64,000 nucleotides of DNA. It comes from Hyphomicrobiales bacterium. GTDB taxonomy: Bacteria; Pseudomonadota; Alphaproteobacteria; Rhizobiales; JAJFHC01. Positions 8,912 through 16,037 of the stretch are shown here, in pieces (position 1 is the stretch's first letter; every line of letters starts with the position of its first letter). The translations under genes were made by a program, and so were the position numbers. The notes beneath the pieces were generated by a model. It was not told the DNA's origin. It was given only the letters and a program-made list of their open reading frames with translations, and did no database searches. Location of the stretch: the NCBI GenBank assembly GCA_965227875.1, contig OZ245783.1, forward strand, positions 4,769,929-4,833,928, given 5' to 3'.

Positions 8912-9757
8912 ATGGCCGCTGATGATGCAGAACTGGCAAGGCGCAAGAGTTTAACCTTCAAGGAGGCCGAGGGCTTGGTGCCTCTCCCCTCGCAACTAAA
9001 CCTGCGAAAAACGAGCCCAACCCTCAGAGCGCGGCTGTACGGCGTTGTCCATGATCGCCTGTTGAAAGATCGGGACAACTACTCGGCGAACTTGCGCGAA
9101 AAAAGCCTCGCCGTTATGCGCCACTACTGCATCAACAAGCTCGGCATGATGGCGGACGAACTCCCCCGTCATCGAAGCAAATGGCTGGAGTACGCGAAAG
9201 CGAACTATCAGGCAGATGACTACGGGAAGGTGTTTGACTTCACTCAGATCTTCTTGAGGTTAATGCAGGAAGAAGACCTGTCGCGGCAGGTATCCCATAT
9301 ATTGCAGGATGAGCGAGCAGCGTACCGACTGGTCGATGGCGACACCATAATGCCGATGTCCTCGGAGGAAGAGGGAGCGGCTTTGAATTCTGCATTAGGC
9401 GCCCTTGAGGCGGGCGAATTGGTGGGGCCGCGCAAGCACCTCGTTACCGCTGGGGCAAGATTGACTGAGGGAGACTATGCGGACAGCGTTCGGGAAAGTC
9501 TCCATGCCGTCGAGTCGCTGGCACGGTCCAAGACTGGCAAGAGCAAGTTTTCGGACGCACTGCGAGAACTGCACAACCAAATCCCCATGCACGGCTCGTT
9601 CAGAGCAGCCCTAGAGAAGCTCTATGGTTATGCAAGCGATGAGCCCGGGGTAAGGCACTCGAACTCGGAACAAGGAGAAGCCAAGGTAACAGAACGTGAT
9701 GCTCTGTTCGTCCTTGGGGTCTGCGCCTCCTTCATAACGTACCTACTTTCAGCCTAA
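8912..9757 (+). CDS. AbiJ-like protein (AbiJ-NTD4-type N-terminus, HEPN-type C-terminus)
   Basis: N-terminal 'LTFKEAEGLVPLPSQLNLRKTSPTLRARLYGVV' fits the remembered AbiJ_NTD4 pattern (F-x-x-R/A-x-G...Q...LRN-x-LW). C-terminal 'GDYADSVRESLHAVESLAR...LYGYASDEPGVRHS...ERDALFVLGVCASFITYL' fits the AbiJ HEPN-like tail. Confidence 0.55.
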   Translation: MAADDAELARRKSLTFKEAEGLVPLPSQLNLRKTSPTLRARLYGVVHDRLLKDRDNYSANLREKSLAVMRHYCINKLGMMADELPRHRSKWLEYAKANYQADDYGKVFDFTQIFLRLMQEEDLSRQVSHILQDERAAYRLVDGDTIMPMSSEEEGAALNSALGALEAGELVGPRKHLVTAGARLTEGDYADSVRESLHAVESLARSKTGKSKFSDALRELHNQIPMHGSFRAALEKLYGYASDEPGVRHSNSEQGEAKVTERDALFVLGVCASFITYLLSA

Positions 9758-9793
9758 TGGCGTGCTGCCAGAATGGCAGAAAGGCAGATAGAA

Positions 9794-9880
9794 GGTCGCT
9801 GCGCTCGACTGTGTCTAGCTGGTCGGGCTGGTCACCCTCCATTGGCTCGTATGGTTCGCCGTGACTTATAGTGGGTCGCC
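9794..9880 (+). repeat. Repeat module A, copy 1
   Basis: About 80% identical, in the same orientation, to 11027-11113. Shared core is GGTCGGGCTG.TC.CCCTCCATTGGCTCG. Confidence 0.8.
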
Positions 9881-10050
9881 GAGAGGCGCTGTCCGTCGGA
9901 GCGGGCGGGTTATGCTGCCCATCATCACCCCGCCACTGTGCTGGTTTCCCTGAGGCGTCTGGAGGCCATCTGTGTGACGATACTCGGGGCCGTTTTCCGG
10001 TGGCCCGCATAGCGGGTCACAATCGGGCGGACCTGTGTGGCTGCCACCGG
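9881..10050 (+). repeat. Repeat module B, copy 1
   Basis: About 70% identical, in the same orientation, to 10846-11010. Shared blocks are GCCCATCATCACCCCGCC and ATACTCGGGGCCGT..TCCGGTGG.CCGCAT. It ends 4 nt before the PLD-like gene stop. Confidence 0.75.
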
Positions 10051-10054
10051 ACCG

Positions 10055-10774
10055 CTATTGCTTAAAGTCAACGGTGCTGGATGCCCAAAGCCCCTCATAG
10101 GTCTGCTGAACCGCTGCAAATGTATCAGTGATCTCTGTCAGCGTCGTCGGCGCTTTCTTCGCGCCATCCTTGAATGAGGCGCCGGACTGGAAGCAACGGG
10201 CTTTGTCGATGAGGACGAAGCGATCATGGAAGTTCGCGGCCGAACGCACCTCCAATGAATGGCCGTACTGCTGAGCATAGGCTGTCGCTGCCGGGACTAA
10301 TGTGGCCTTCCTTTCTCTACACAGAAGTCGGACTGGAACGCTCTTGTCGATGTGAGGAATGTAGCGCGTCACGAACTCCGCATCCAAATAGGGATCGACG
10401 AACAGGACATCGGCTCGGGCACTCTCAATGACATTCCTAACGCCATCGAAGTAGTCGAACACCATCCCCCCATCGACGGCCAAGCCAGTTGGTCCACCAA
10501 TGTTCCGTTGGAGTCTCCAACGAGCCGCTCGGAGAAGTCGGCGGATTTCTACCTCGCTCGTGTAGCTCGTCAACCGGTCATAAAGGCCCCCTATCGCGGG
10601 ACCGATTGGCTTCGACAGAGGGGTCGGCAAATCCATGAAAGTGGCTTGCACACGGCCCAGCCAATCCAAGGTTGCATCATCATCATTGTCCATCTGGCCC
10701 AAAGCCGGTGATGTACGGATGATGTCTTCAATCTCTACTAACAGCTGCCTTTCGTCCAAGAACGCCTCCTCCAT
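10055..10774 (-). CDS. PLD-like (HKD-variant 'HDR') domain protein
   Basis: C-terminal 'VLFVDPYLD...VRLLCRE...FHDRFVLIDKARCFQSGASFKDGAKK' is a single phospholipase-D/nuclease-like repeat in which HDR replaces HxK. The N-terminal ~110 aa are unknown. Confidence 0.6.
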   Translation of the reverse strand: MEEAFLDERQLLVEIEDIIRTSPALGQMDNDDDATLDWLGRVQATFMDLPTPLSKPIGPAIGGLYDRLTSYTSEVEIRRLLRAARWRLQRNIGGPTGLAVDGGMVFDYFDGVRNVIESARADVLFVDPYLDAEFVTRYIPHIDKSVPVRLLCRERKATLVPAATAYAQQYGHSLEVRSAANFHDRFVLIDKARCFQSGASFKDGAKKAPTTLTEITDTFAAVQQTYEGLWASSTVDFKQ

Positions 10775-10845
10775 CTTCCATACGCTTTGTACCGGTCCAA
10801 CAAAGCTTATAAAGCGACCGCAACGCCTTGGCCAAGTGTCCCGCT

Positions 10846-11010
10846 AAGAGGCGTCGTCCGACAGCGCGGAGTGGCTCGCCCATCATCACCCCGCCTCTGC
10901 GCGGACTTTGCAGAGTCGGCTGAACGCCATCGGTGCGGCAATACTCGGGGCCGTCGTCCGGTGGTCCGCATGGAGGGGCACATTGGGACTGGTCCGATGG
11001 TGCTGCCCGG
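10846..11010 (+). repeat. Repeat module B, copy 2
   Basis: See copy 1. It lies 71 nt upstream of the PLD-like gene start. Confidence 0.75.
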
Positions 11011-11026
11011 CTCGGGTAGCTAGGCC

Positions 11027-11113
11027 GGTCGCTCCGCTCCCGCTGCTCTGATCGGTCGGGCTGATCGCCCTCCATTGGCTCGCTTGGCTCGCCCTGAGTC
11101 ACAGTGAGTCGCT
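11027..11113 (+). repeat. Repeat module A, copy 2
   Basis: See copy 1. Here A follows B, the opposite order to copy 1. Confidence 0.8.
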
Positions 11114-11210
11114 GACGGCAATGTTACAGTTTCAGGTGGGGAGACAATGCGGGCAAGCCTAACGGGCCTGCACAGGCTTCTATGAGGCTCCTGGGGGCCT
11201 TTCCTTGGGG

Positions 11211-11259
11211 CGGGAGATTGGCCCTCGGCTCCTCTTCTCCCCATCCCCTCGGTGGTTAC
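11211..11259 (+). repeat. Direct repeat C, copy 1 (flanks serine recombinase)
   Basis: CGGGAGATTGGCCCTCGGCTCCTCTTCTCCCCATCCCCTCGGTGGTTAC. Matches 12351-12399 at 47 of 49 positions in the same orientation. Weaker similarity extends about 15 nt upstream. Confidence 0.85.
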
Positions 11260-11457
11260 CTAGGACGGCCACACTATGCCGACTTGGCGTTGCCGCCCCG
11301 TGCCCGGCCTGTGCAGATAGACCCTGTTTCCCCGACGCGATGGATCGGCCTTGCGGTCTAGGCTTGGTGGCACGGGCCTGCGGTCAGGGCTTGAAGTCCG
11401 TGCCGTACCTAACCGCCTTCGGCCACTGATTCTATCTCAAGAGCGAGGGGTGCAGCC

Positions 11458-12012
11458 CTAAGTCGCCAATGCGCGATAGACGCTGCGCTCGCTGATGCCA
11501 AGCTGAGTGGCGATGGCTGTGCGGGTCACGCCTTGGTCTGCCAGCGACTTGATGGCGTCCCGTTGGGCCATGGCCTTAGGCTTCCTCCCTGTGTACTTCC
11601 CTTGCGCCTTGGCCTTCTCAATCCCGGCCCTCTGCCTCTCCAGCATCATGGTCCGTTCAAACTCAGCGAAGGCCGCGAACATGGCAAGCTGTAGCTTCCC
11701 TGTGGCCGACTTGGTGTTGATCGTCTCGCCAGCGAAGTCGAGTATGCGTAGCCCAATCCCCCGCTTCTCTAGGTCGTCCACAAGGGCGAGGAGGCTGCGA
11801 AGGTCTCTGGCGAGCCTGTCCATCTTCGTCACCACAAGCGTATCGCCCTCGCGGAGATATCTCAGGGCTTCGTCAAGCTGGTCCCTCTGTGAGGCCCCTG
11901 AGGCGTGTTCCTCAAAGATGCGCTCGCAGCCTGCCGCCATGAGTGCTTCACGTTGGGCGTCCAGTCCCGCTACTTGGTCAACCGTCGAGGTCCGTGCGTA
12001 GCCTGTGAGCAT
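11458..12012 (-). CDS. Small serine recombinase (resolvase/invertase family)
   Basis: 'MLTGYARTSTVDQ' holds the catalytic Ser motif. Also 'LVVTKMDRLARDL' and a C-terminal HTH 'GVTRTAIATQLGISERSVYRAL'. ATG at 12012 has AAGGAAGG 8 nt upstream. The ORF is open to 12039. Confidence 0.9.
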   Translation of the reverse strand: MLTGYARTSTVDQVAGLDAQREALMAAGCERIFEEHASGASQRDQLDEALRYLREGDTLVVTKMDRLARDLRSLLALVDDLEKRGIGLRILDFAGETINTKSATGKLQLAMFAAFAEFERTMMLERQRAGIEKAKAQGKYTGRKPKAMAQRDAIKSLADQGVTRTAIATQLGISERSVYRALAT

Positions 12013-12350
12013 AAGGCAATCCTTCCTTTGGTCTGCCATTAGGTTCTAGACCTTGGTTTGATGACATGACAAAAGGTGGAAGTCAACCCTAATGGCAGAC
12101 TTAATGGCTGCGGACCCTGACAGCATCAAGACCCTGCCAGAACCTTGCCCTATTGGCAGTACGGGGCGGCTTCGAGCGATGACACTGGACGGCACCCCCC
12201 GGTGTTGGAAAACGTTGGGGCGCTGGACAGTGCGAATGGCGCTGCGAAAACGTGCTGGCGGGGCCTATGGGGAAACTCGCCCATTGCTACGTAAAAGACG
12301 ACCACTCGAATGAGCGACCCGTCAGCAGCTACTCGGGGTTTCCTTAGTGT

Positions 12351-12399
12351 CGGGAGATTGGCCCTCGGCTCCTCTTCTCCCCTTCCCCTCGGTGGCTAC
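12351..12399 (+). repeat. Direct repeat C, copy 2
   Basis: See copy 1. The spacing of 1140 bp encloses the recombinase gene. Confidence 0.85.
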
Positions 12400-12508
12400 T
12401 TCGGGCCGATCTGTACGGTGACTTCATGGTCACTTTGATCATTGCGACAAGGCGCGGCATGAAGACGACCGCAACGCTAGGAGGGAGAGGAGAGATGGGT
12501 CTTCCCCT

Positions 12509-12523
12509 CCCACACAGTGTGGG
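12509..12523. promoter_or_regulatory. 15-bp perfect palindrome CCCACACAGTGTGGG
   Basis: Read directly. The arms are too close for a hairpin loop, so it is more likely a dimeric protein-binding site. Confidence 0.35.
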
Positions 12524-12526
12524 GAC

Positions 12527-12612
12527 CTCTATGGCTACTTAGTGTCGCGACTCTATGTATGCTACCAATAGACCGCTCATAGCCCCTTGAAAACACTCAA
12601 AGTCTCAACTCA
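12527..12612 (+). repeat. Repeat D, copy 1
   Basis: About 75% identical to 12669-12752. Each copy contains the sub-motif CTC(T/C)ATG(G/TAT)GCTAC twice, and the block CCCTTGAAA.C.CTCAAAGT. Confidence 0.75.
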
Positions 12613-12668
12613 GTGTTTTCTGCGGCCCTTCCAGCGGTCTTCACCGTGTCGCAGCCTTGAGGGATGGT

Positions 12669-12752
12669 CTCCATGGCTACCTGGGGGACCCTCTATGTAT
12701 GCTACTTATTAACGCCGCGTAGGCCCTTGAAATCGCTCAAAGTGCTAACTCA
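12669..12752 (+). repeat. Repeat D, copy 2
   Basis: See copy 1. It ends on the stop codon of the small ORF at 12750. Confidence 0.75.
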
Positions 12753-12971
12753 AGCCAATCTAGCGGCGGCGTTCCGCTGGTCCTCAATGAGCGCTTCGAG
12801 CCACGGTTTTAAGTCGGCTCCGCGTCGCCAGTCCCTCAGGAAGTCCGCCGTCTCGTAGTCGGGCAGGAAGTCTGGCGCAAAGGCGACGGCTGCGGTCAGT
12901 TCCTTCAGGTCGGCGGGGCCGATCTTGCTCAGGTCAGTGGCCATAAGGTCGCGGTCCTGATCGGTCATCAT
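12750..12971 (-). CDS. Hypothetical 73-aa protein translationally coupled to the integrase
   Basis: Its ATG (12969-12971) overlaps the integrase TGA (12968-12970) as ATGA. Acidic, no family recognised. Confidence 0.45.
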   Translation of the reverse strand: MMTDQDRDLMATDLSKIGPADLKELTAAVAFAPDFLPDYETADFLRDWRRGADLKPWLEALIEDQRNAAARLA

Positions 12972-14389
12972 TGGTCGGTGTCCTTGTGTTGGGCGAGGGA
13001 TTCGGGTGGAAGCTGGACGGCTTCGACGCAAGGACGCATGGCTTCAGGTGGCGTCTTGCCGGGGTAGTGACTCATGGTGAGGTGGAGCATTTGCTTGATG
13101 CCGCCGTCACTATGGCCAACCACATCGGCAATAACCCAAGGTGTGTATCCCGCTTCGGGGTTCGCCATTTCGTCTCGGGCCTTGAGGATGAACCACCTGC
13201 GGAACGAATGGAAATCGACGTTGGACTTCGCCTTGTCGTTTGGCCTTTCATCGACTCCAATGTTGCATCGGTATCTGCTGAAGCGCTTCGAGGCAGGATC
13301 GGAACGGCTGTCCCTTGACAGCGGCACGGGAGGCAGTTCTTCAATAAGGTAGTCCGTGGGCCGCTTACCTTCGATGCGACGATCTACGATGGCCACAAGG
13401 GCGCTGTGTACGGGAATGCGCCGCTTGGCGTTCTCAGTCTTGCCAGCGGGGATGCTGAATATGCCACCCTCGCAATCGGACACCCTAAGTTGGCATATCT
13501 CCTCAATCCTCATGCCGCTCAGCGCTGCAATGCGCATCAGGTCAGCCAGAATGGGCGGTGCGGGGCCATAGATCAGGGTCGCTAGCTCAGCGTCCGTGTA
13601 AGGTCGTTTGCCACCGTCTGGCTCCCCTTCATGGGCGACACGTCGCGGCGGCGATGGGAGGGCCAATCCGCGCCACGGGCTTTCGTGTTCAATGTGCCCC
13701 TGCTCCTCCATCCACTTCCAGTACTCACGGAGGAAGCCCAGGTAGGTGCCCGCCCTGTTCCGCGATAGCTTTCCTGCAAGCTCCTCCCGAATAAACCTTT
13801 TGGCGGCACTGCGGTCCAAGGCCTCAACGGTCGTGTGTAGGCTGTTCCGCTCTAGCCATTTGGCCAGCATGTCTAGGACGCGGGAGAAGTCCTTTGCGCC
13901 CTTGATGGTGTAGCTCTTGTGCGCCTTGAAGGCGTCTGCAAGGTAGTCGATTGGTGTCGCCCGTCCGCTGATCACCTGCCAGATTTCCTTTGCCCTCTCC
14001 TCCCCGTAGTCCTCCTCCACTTCGCGGACCAGATCGGGGATGGCGGCATTGGACACTTGCATGGGCATTGAGTAGTTGAGCCGGATGCGCAGAGCCTCGG
14101 CGTTGATTGGATCGCCCGCGTCAAGGGACTTCTGTGCGGCGCTGAGGATGCCCTTCAGCGTCGCCACCACGGGCCACTTCCGCTCGTTCGCTGCCCGAAG
14201 GTCTGCCGTGCCAAGTGATTGCTTCAGGAAAGTCTTACCAATGATCGGGACAAGCCGCTTGGGCACCCTGACCCGCACTCTCCATTGCTGGCCGTGCCAC
14301 TCTAGGTATTGCCGATTGCTGGTCACGCTTGCCCCGTTTGTGCCCCACCACAGTGCCCCAGCTTGGAGCGTAAACTGCAATAAAGTCAA
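12968..14389 (-). CDS. Tyrosine recombinase / phage-type integrase (DUF6538-like N-terminus)
   Basis: N-terminal 'YLEWHGQQWRVRVRVPKRLVPIIGKTFLKQSLGTAD'. Catalytic region 'LSGMRIEEICQL', 'HSFRRWF', 'VGHSDGG...MSHY'. There is no ATG at the 5' end, so the start is TTG 14389 or GTG 14326 (uncertain). Confidence 0.88.
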   Translation of the reverse strand: MTLLQFTLQAGALWWGTNGASVTSNRQYLEWHGQQWRVRVRVPKRLVPIIGKTFLKQSLGTADLRAANERKWPVVATLKGILSAAQKSLDAGDPINAEALRIRLNYSMPMQVSNAAIPDLVREVEEDYGEERAKEIWQVISGRATPIDYLADAFKAHKSYTIKGAKDFSRVLDMLAKWLERNSLHTTVEALDRSAAKRFIREELAGKLSRNRAGTYLGFLREYWKWMEEQGHIEHESPWRGLALPSPPRRVAHEGEPDGGKRPYTDAELATLIYGPAPPILADLMRIAALSGMRIEEICQLRVSDCEGGIFSIPAGKTENAKRRIPVHSALVAIVDRRIEGKRPTDYLIEELPPVPLSRDSRSDPASKRFSRYRCNIGVDERPNDKAKSNVDFHSFRRWFILKARDEMANPEAGYTPWVIADVVGHSDGGIKQMLHLTMSHYPGKTPPEAMRPCVEAVQLPPESLAQHKDTDQ

Positions 14390-14424
14390 CAGGTTCTAAC
14401 AATGAAGATGCGGGGGAGAGTGCC

Positions 14425-14444
14425 TCCCTTCCTCTCCGCCATTT
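14425..14444 (+). repeat. attR-like direct repeat TCCCTTCCTCTCCGCCATTT
   Basis: Exact copy of 8744-8763. It lies 36 nt from the integrase 5' end. Confidence 0.85.
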
Positions 14445-14640
14445 TCTTTCTATGCATCCAGGCTTCAGCCCTTCTGGCTTAATCGCCGCCGTGATAGTTC
14501 AGATCCGGCGTTCCACGAGCCTTCACGCCTTCAAAAGCGACTGCGCCAGAAGTGAACGCCCGCCGGAGATGGTCTCCGACGGGCGCCCGCCCCCGGCCCG
14601 CATGCACTTGGATCATCCGCTCAACCGGAACGGTACTCGC

Positions 14641-16002
14641 TCAGTAGGGCCGACGGATCGAGAGACGCTCGTAGTGCGTGGACCCCAGCATCCCGTTTTC
14701 CGGATACTCGCTGATGCGCACAGAGTCCGACTGGTTCCCGCCCAGCAACCTGATCTTTCCGTCGCTGGCGCCCGTCCAGAAACCCACATGGCCGCCGATG
14801 ACCGCGCCGCCGCTCGATCCCGAACGCCGCCGGAACACCGCGATGTCGCCTTCGCGGGGGTCCCCGGTGACATCCGTGCCCCAGCCGCTGTCGTGCCAGG
14901 ACATCGCCCACTTGTTGTCCGTCCCGTTGAGGCCGGCCTGCTCGACGCAGTAGTTGACGAATGACGAGCACCACGCGGTTTCGTCGGGATACGCGCCACC
15001 GTTCGTCGTCGCGTGGTACATGACGATTCGCGGGTTGTGCGCGCTGCCCGCGATTTCCCTGACGCCAAGCTTCATTTCCGCGTAGGCCACGTCTATGGGC
15101 CTGTCGTGGGTCGCCTCGATCGGGAAGCCGCCCGCCGACGGACGCAGGAACGCCCCATGCATGAAACCGTCGGCGACGCCGTCGCCCTCGAGGTCGACTT
15201 TCACCCAGTCCCCCGAACGCCCGATGGCCGAAACGATGGCCCCTTCCGGCAGACTCCCGCTGTCGGCATATTCGGTTCCTGGGCCCTTTCGGACCTTGAG
15301 GCCCGACCGCGCGGTGACCTCCATGAGGACGACCGTGGACGACAAGGTCTCCGGCGCCTCCCCGTCGAGGCGGAACTGCCCGAATTCGGCGAAGGCCGGG
15401 CTCACGATATTGCCGTCATAGGTGAACGCCCCGCCCGGCCAGGTCTTGTGAAGGTACTTCTGGAACACCGCCCAGCGGTCGGTCTTCAGCATGTCCCGCG
15501 TGCCCGACCATCCGGTCGCACCGGCGAGCCACGCAAGGTCGACGAGTTCCTTCTTCATCATGACTGTCGCGACCGTGCCCGAACCGTAGATCCCGACCCG
15601 GTAGTCGTTTCCAAGTGCGGCACGGACCTCCTCGAAATAAGGCACGATCCTGTCCAGCTCGCTCTGGCGGAAGTAGTCGTGGTCGACCGCGAAGTAGATG
15701 GCCGAGCCTTCCGGCTGCTCCAGTCCGCGCGCCAGTTGAAGCGCCCTCTTCGCGTCCGCCCTGCCGCTCTGCGCGTCGAGGTCGTCGATGTGTCCACCCG
15801 CCCCGCCGCGCTGCTGGAACACCACCGCGATGGCGAGGTTCGCCGCGGTGAGGGCCGCCGCCTCCTCCGGCTCGAGACGCTTGGTCGGCAAGTTGTTGCT
15901 GTTGCGGTGATTGTAGTAGCGGATGACCGTCTTGACCCCGCGTGCAGCAATGTCGTCCGCGTTGTCGGCTATGTTCATGGGAACGTCGATTGCGTCATAC
16001 AT
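14641..16002 (-). CDS. Multidomain peptidoglycan hydrolase: DUF1906 (GH25-like) + SH3 + TIGR02594/CHAP-like
   Basis: 'GVKTVIRYY...AIYFAVDHDY...YRVGIYGSG' (DUF1906/Rv2525c-like). 'GLKVRKGPGTEYADSGSLPEGAIVSAIGRSGDWVKV' (SH3b). 'DETAWCSSFVNYCV...GDIAVFRR...GHVGFW...LLGGNQSDSV' (TIGR02594 NlpC/P60-CHAP-like). No signal peptide. Confidence 0.85.
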   Translation of the reverse strand: MYDAIDVPMNIADNADDIAARGVKTVIRYYNHRNSNNLPTKRLEPEEAAALTAANLAIAVVFQQRGGAGGHIDDLDAQSGRADAKRALQLARGLEQPEGSAIYFAVDHDYFRQSELDRIVPYFEEVRAALGNDYRVGIYGSGTVATVMMKKELVDLAWLAGATGWSGTRDMLKTDRWAVFQKYLHKTWPGGAFTYDGNIVSPAFAEFGQFRLDGEAPETLSSTVVLMEVTARSGLKVRKGPGTEYADSGSLPEGAIVSAIGRSGDWVKVDLEGDGVADGFMHGAFLRPSAGGFPIEATHDRPIDVAYAEMKLGVREIAGSAHNPRIVMYHATTNGGAYPDETAWCSSFVNYCVEQAGLNGTDNKWAMSWHDSGWGTDVTGDPREGDIAVFRRRSGSSGGAVIGGHVGFWTGASDGKIRLLGGNQSDSVRISEYPENGMLGSTHYERLSIRRPY

Positions 16003-16037
16003 GCTTTAGTCCTCCTGAGTGAGGGACGTCCTCGGGT

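Larger units (their letters stand above)
8744..14444. mobile_element. Integrative genomic island inserted in the 3' end of tRNA-Ser
   Basis: Bounded by exact 20-bp direct repeats. Contains a tyrosine integrase, a serine recombinase, defence-like cargo and more than 2 kb of repeat-rich non-coding DNA. Visibly more A+T than the flanks. Confidence 0.8.

Noticed and set aside
9732-11102. Two minus-strand ORFs (9732-10010 and 10728-11102) sharing the peptide 'GEP.EPMEGDQPD'
   Set aside because: The shared peptide merely reflects repeat module A. The ORFs differ in module order, have no SD, and one overlaps the PLD-like gene start. They are treated as repeats, with the coding possibility noted in the findings.
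12092-12313. 73-aa ORF upstream of the serine recombinase
   Set aside because: It has no SD and no recognisable fold. It lies in a repeat-rich non-coding stretch, so support for a CDS is insufficient.
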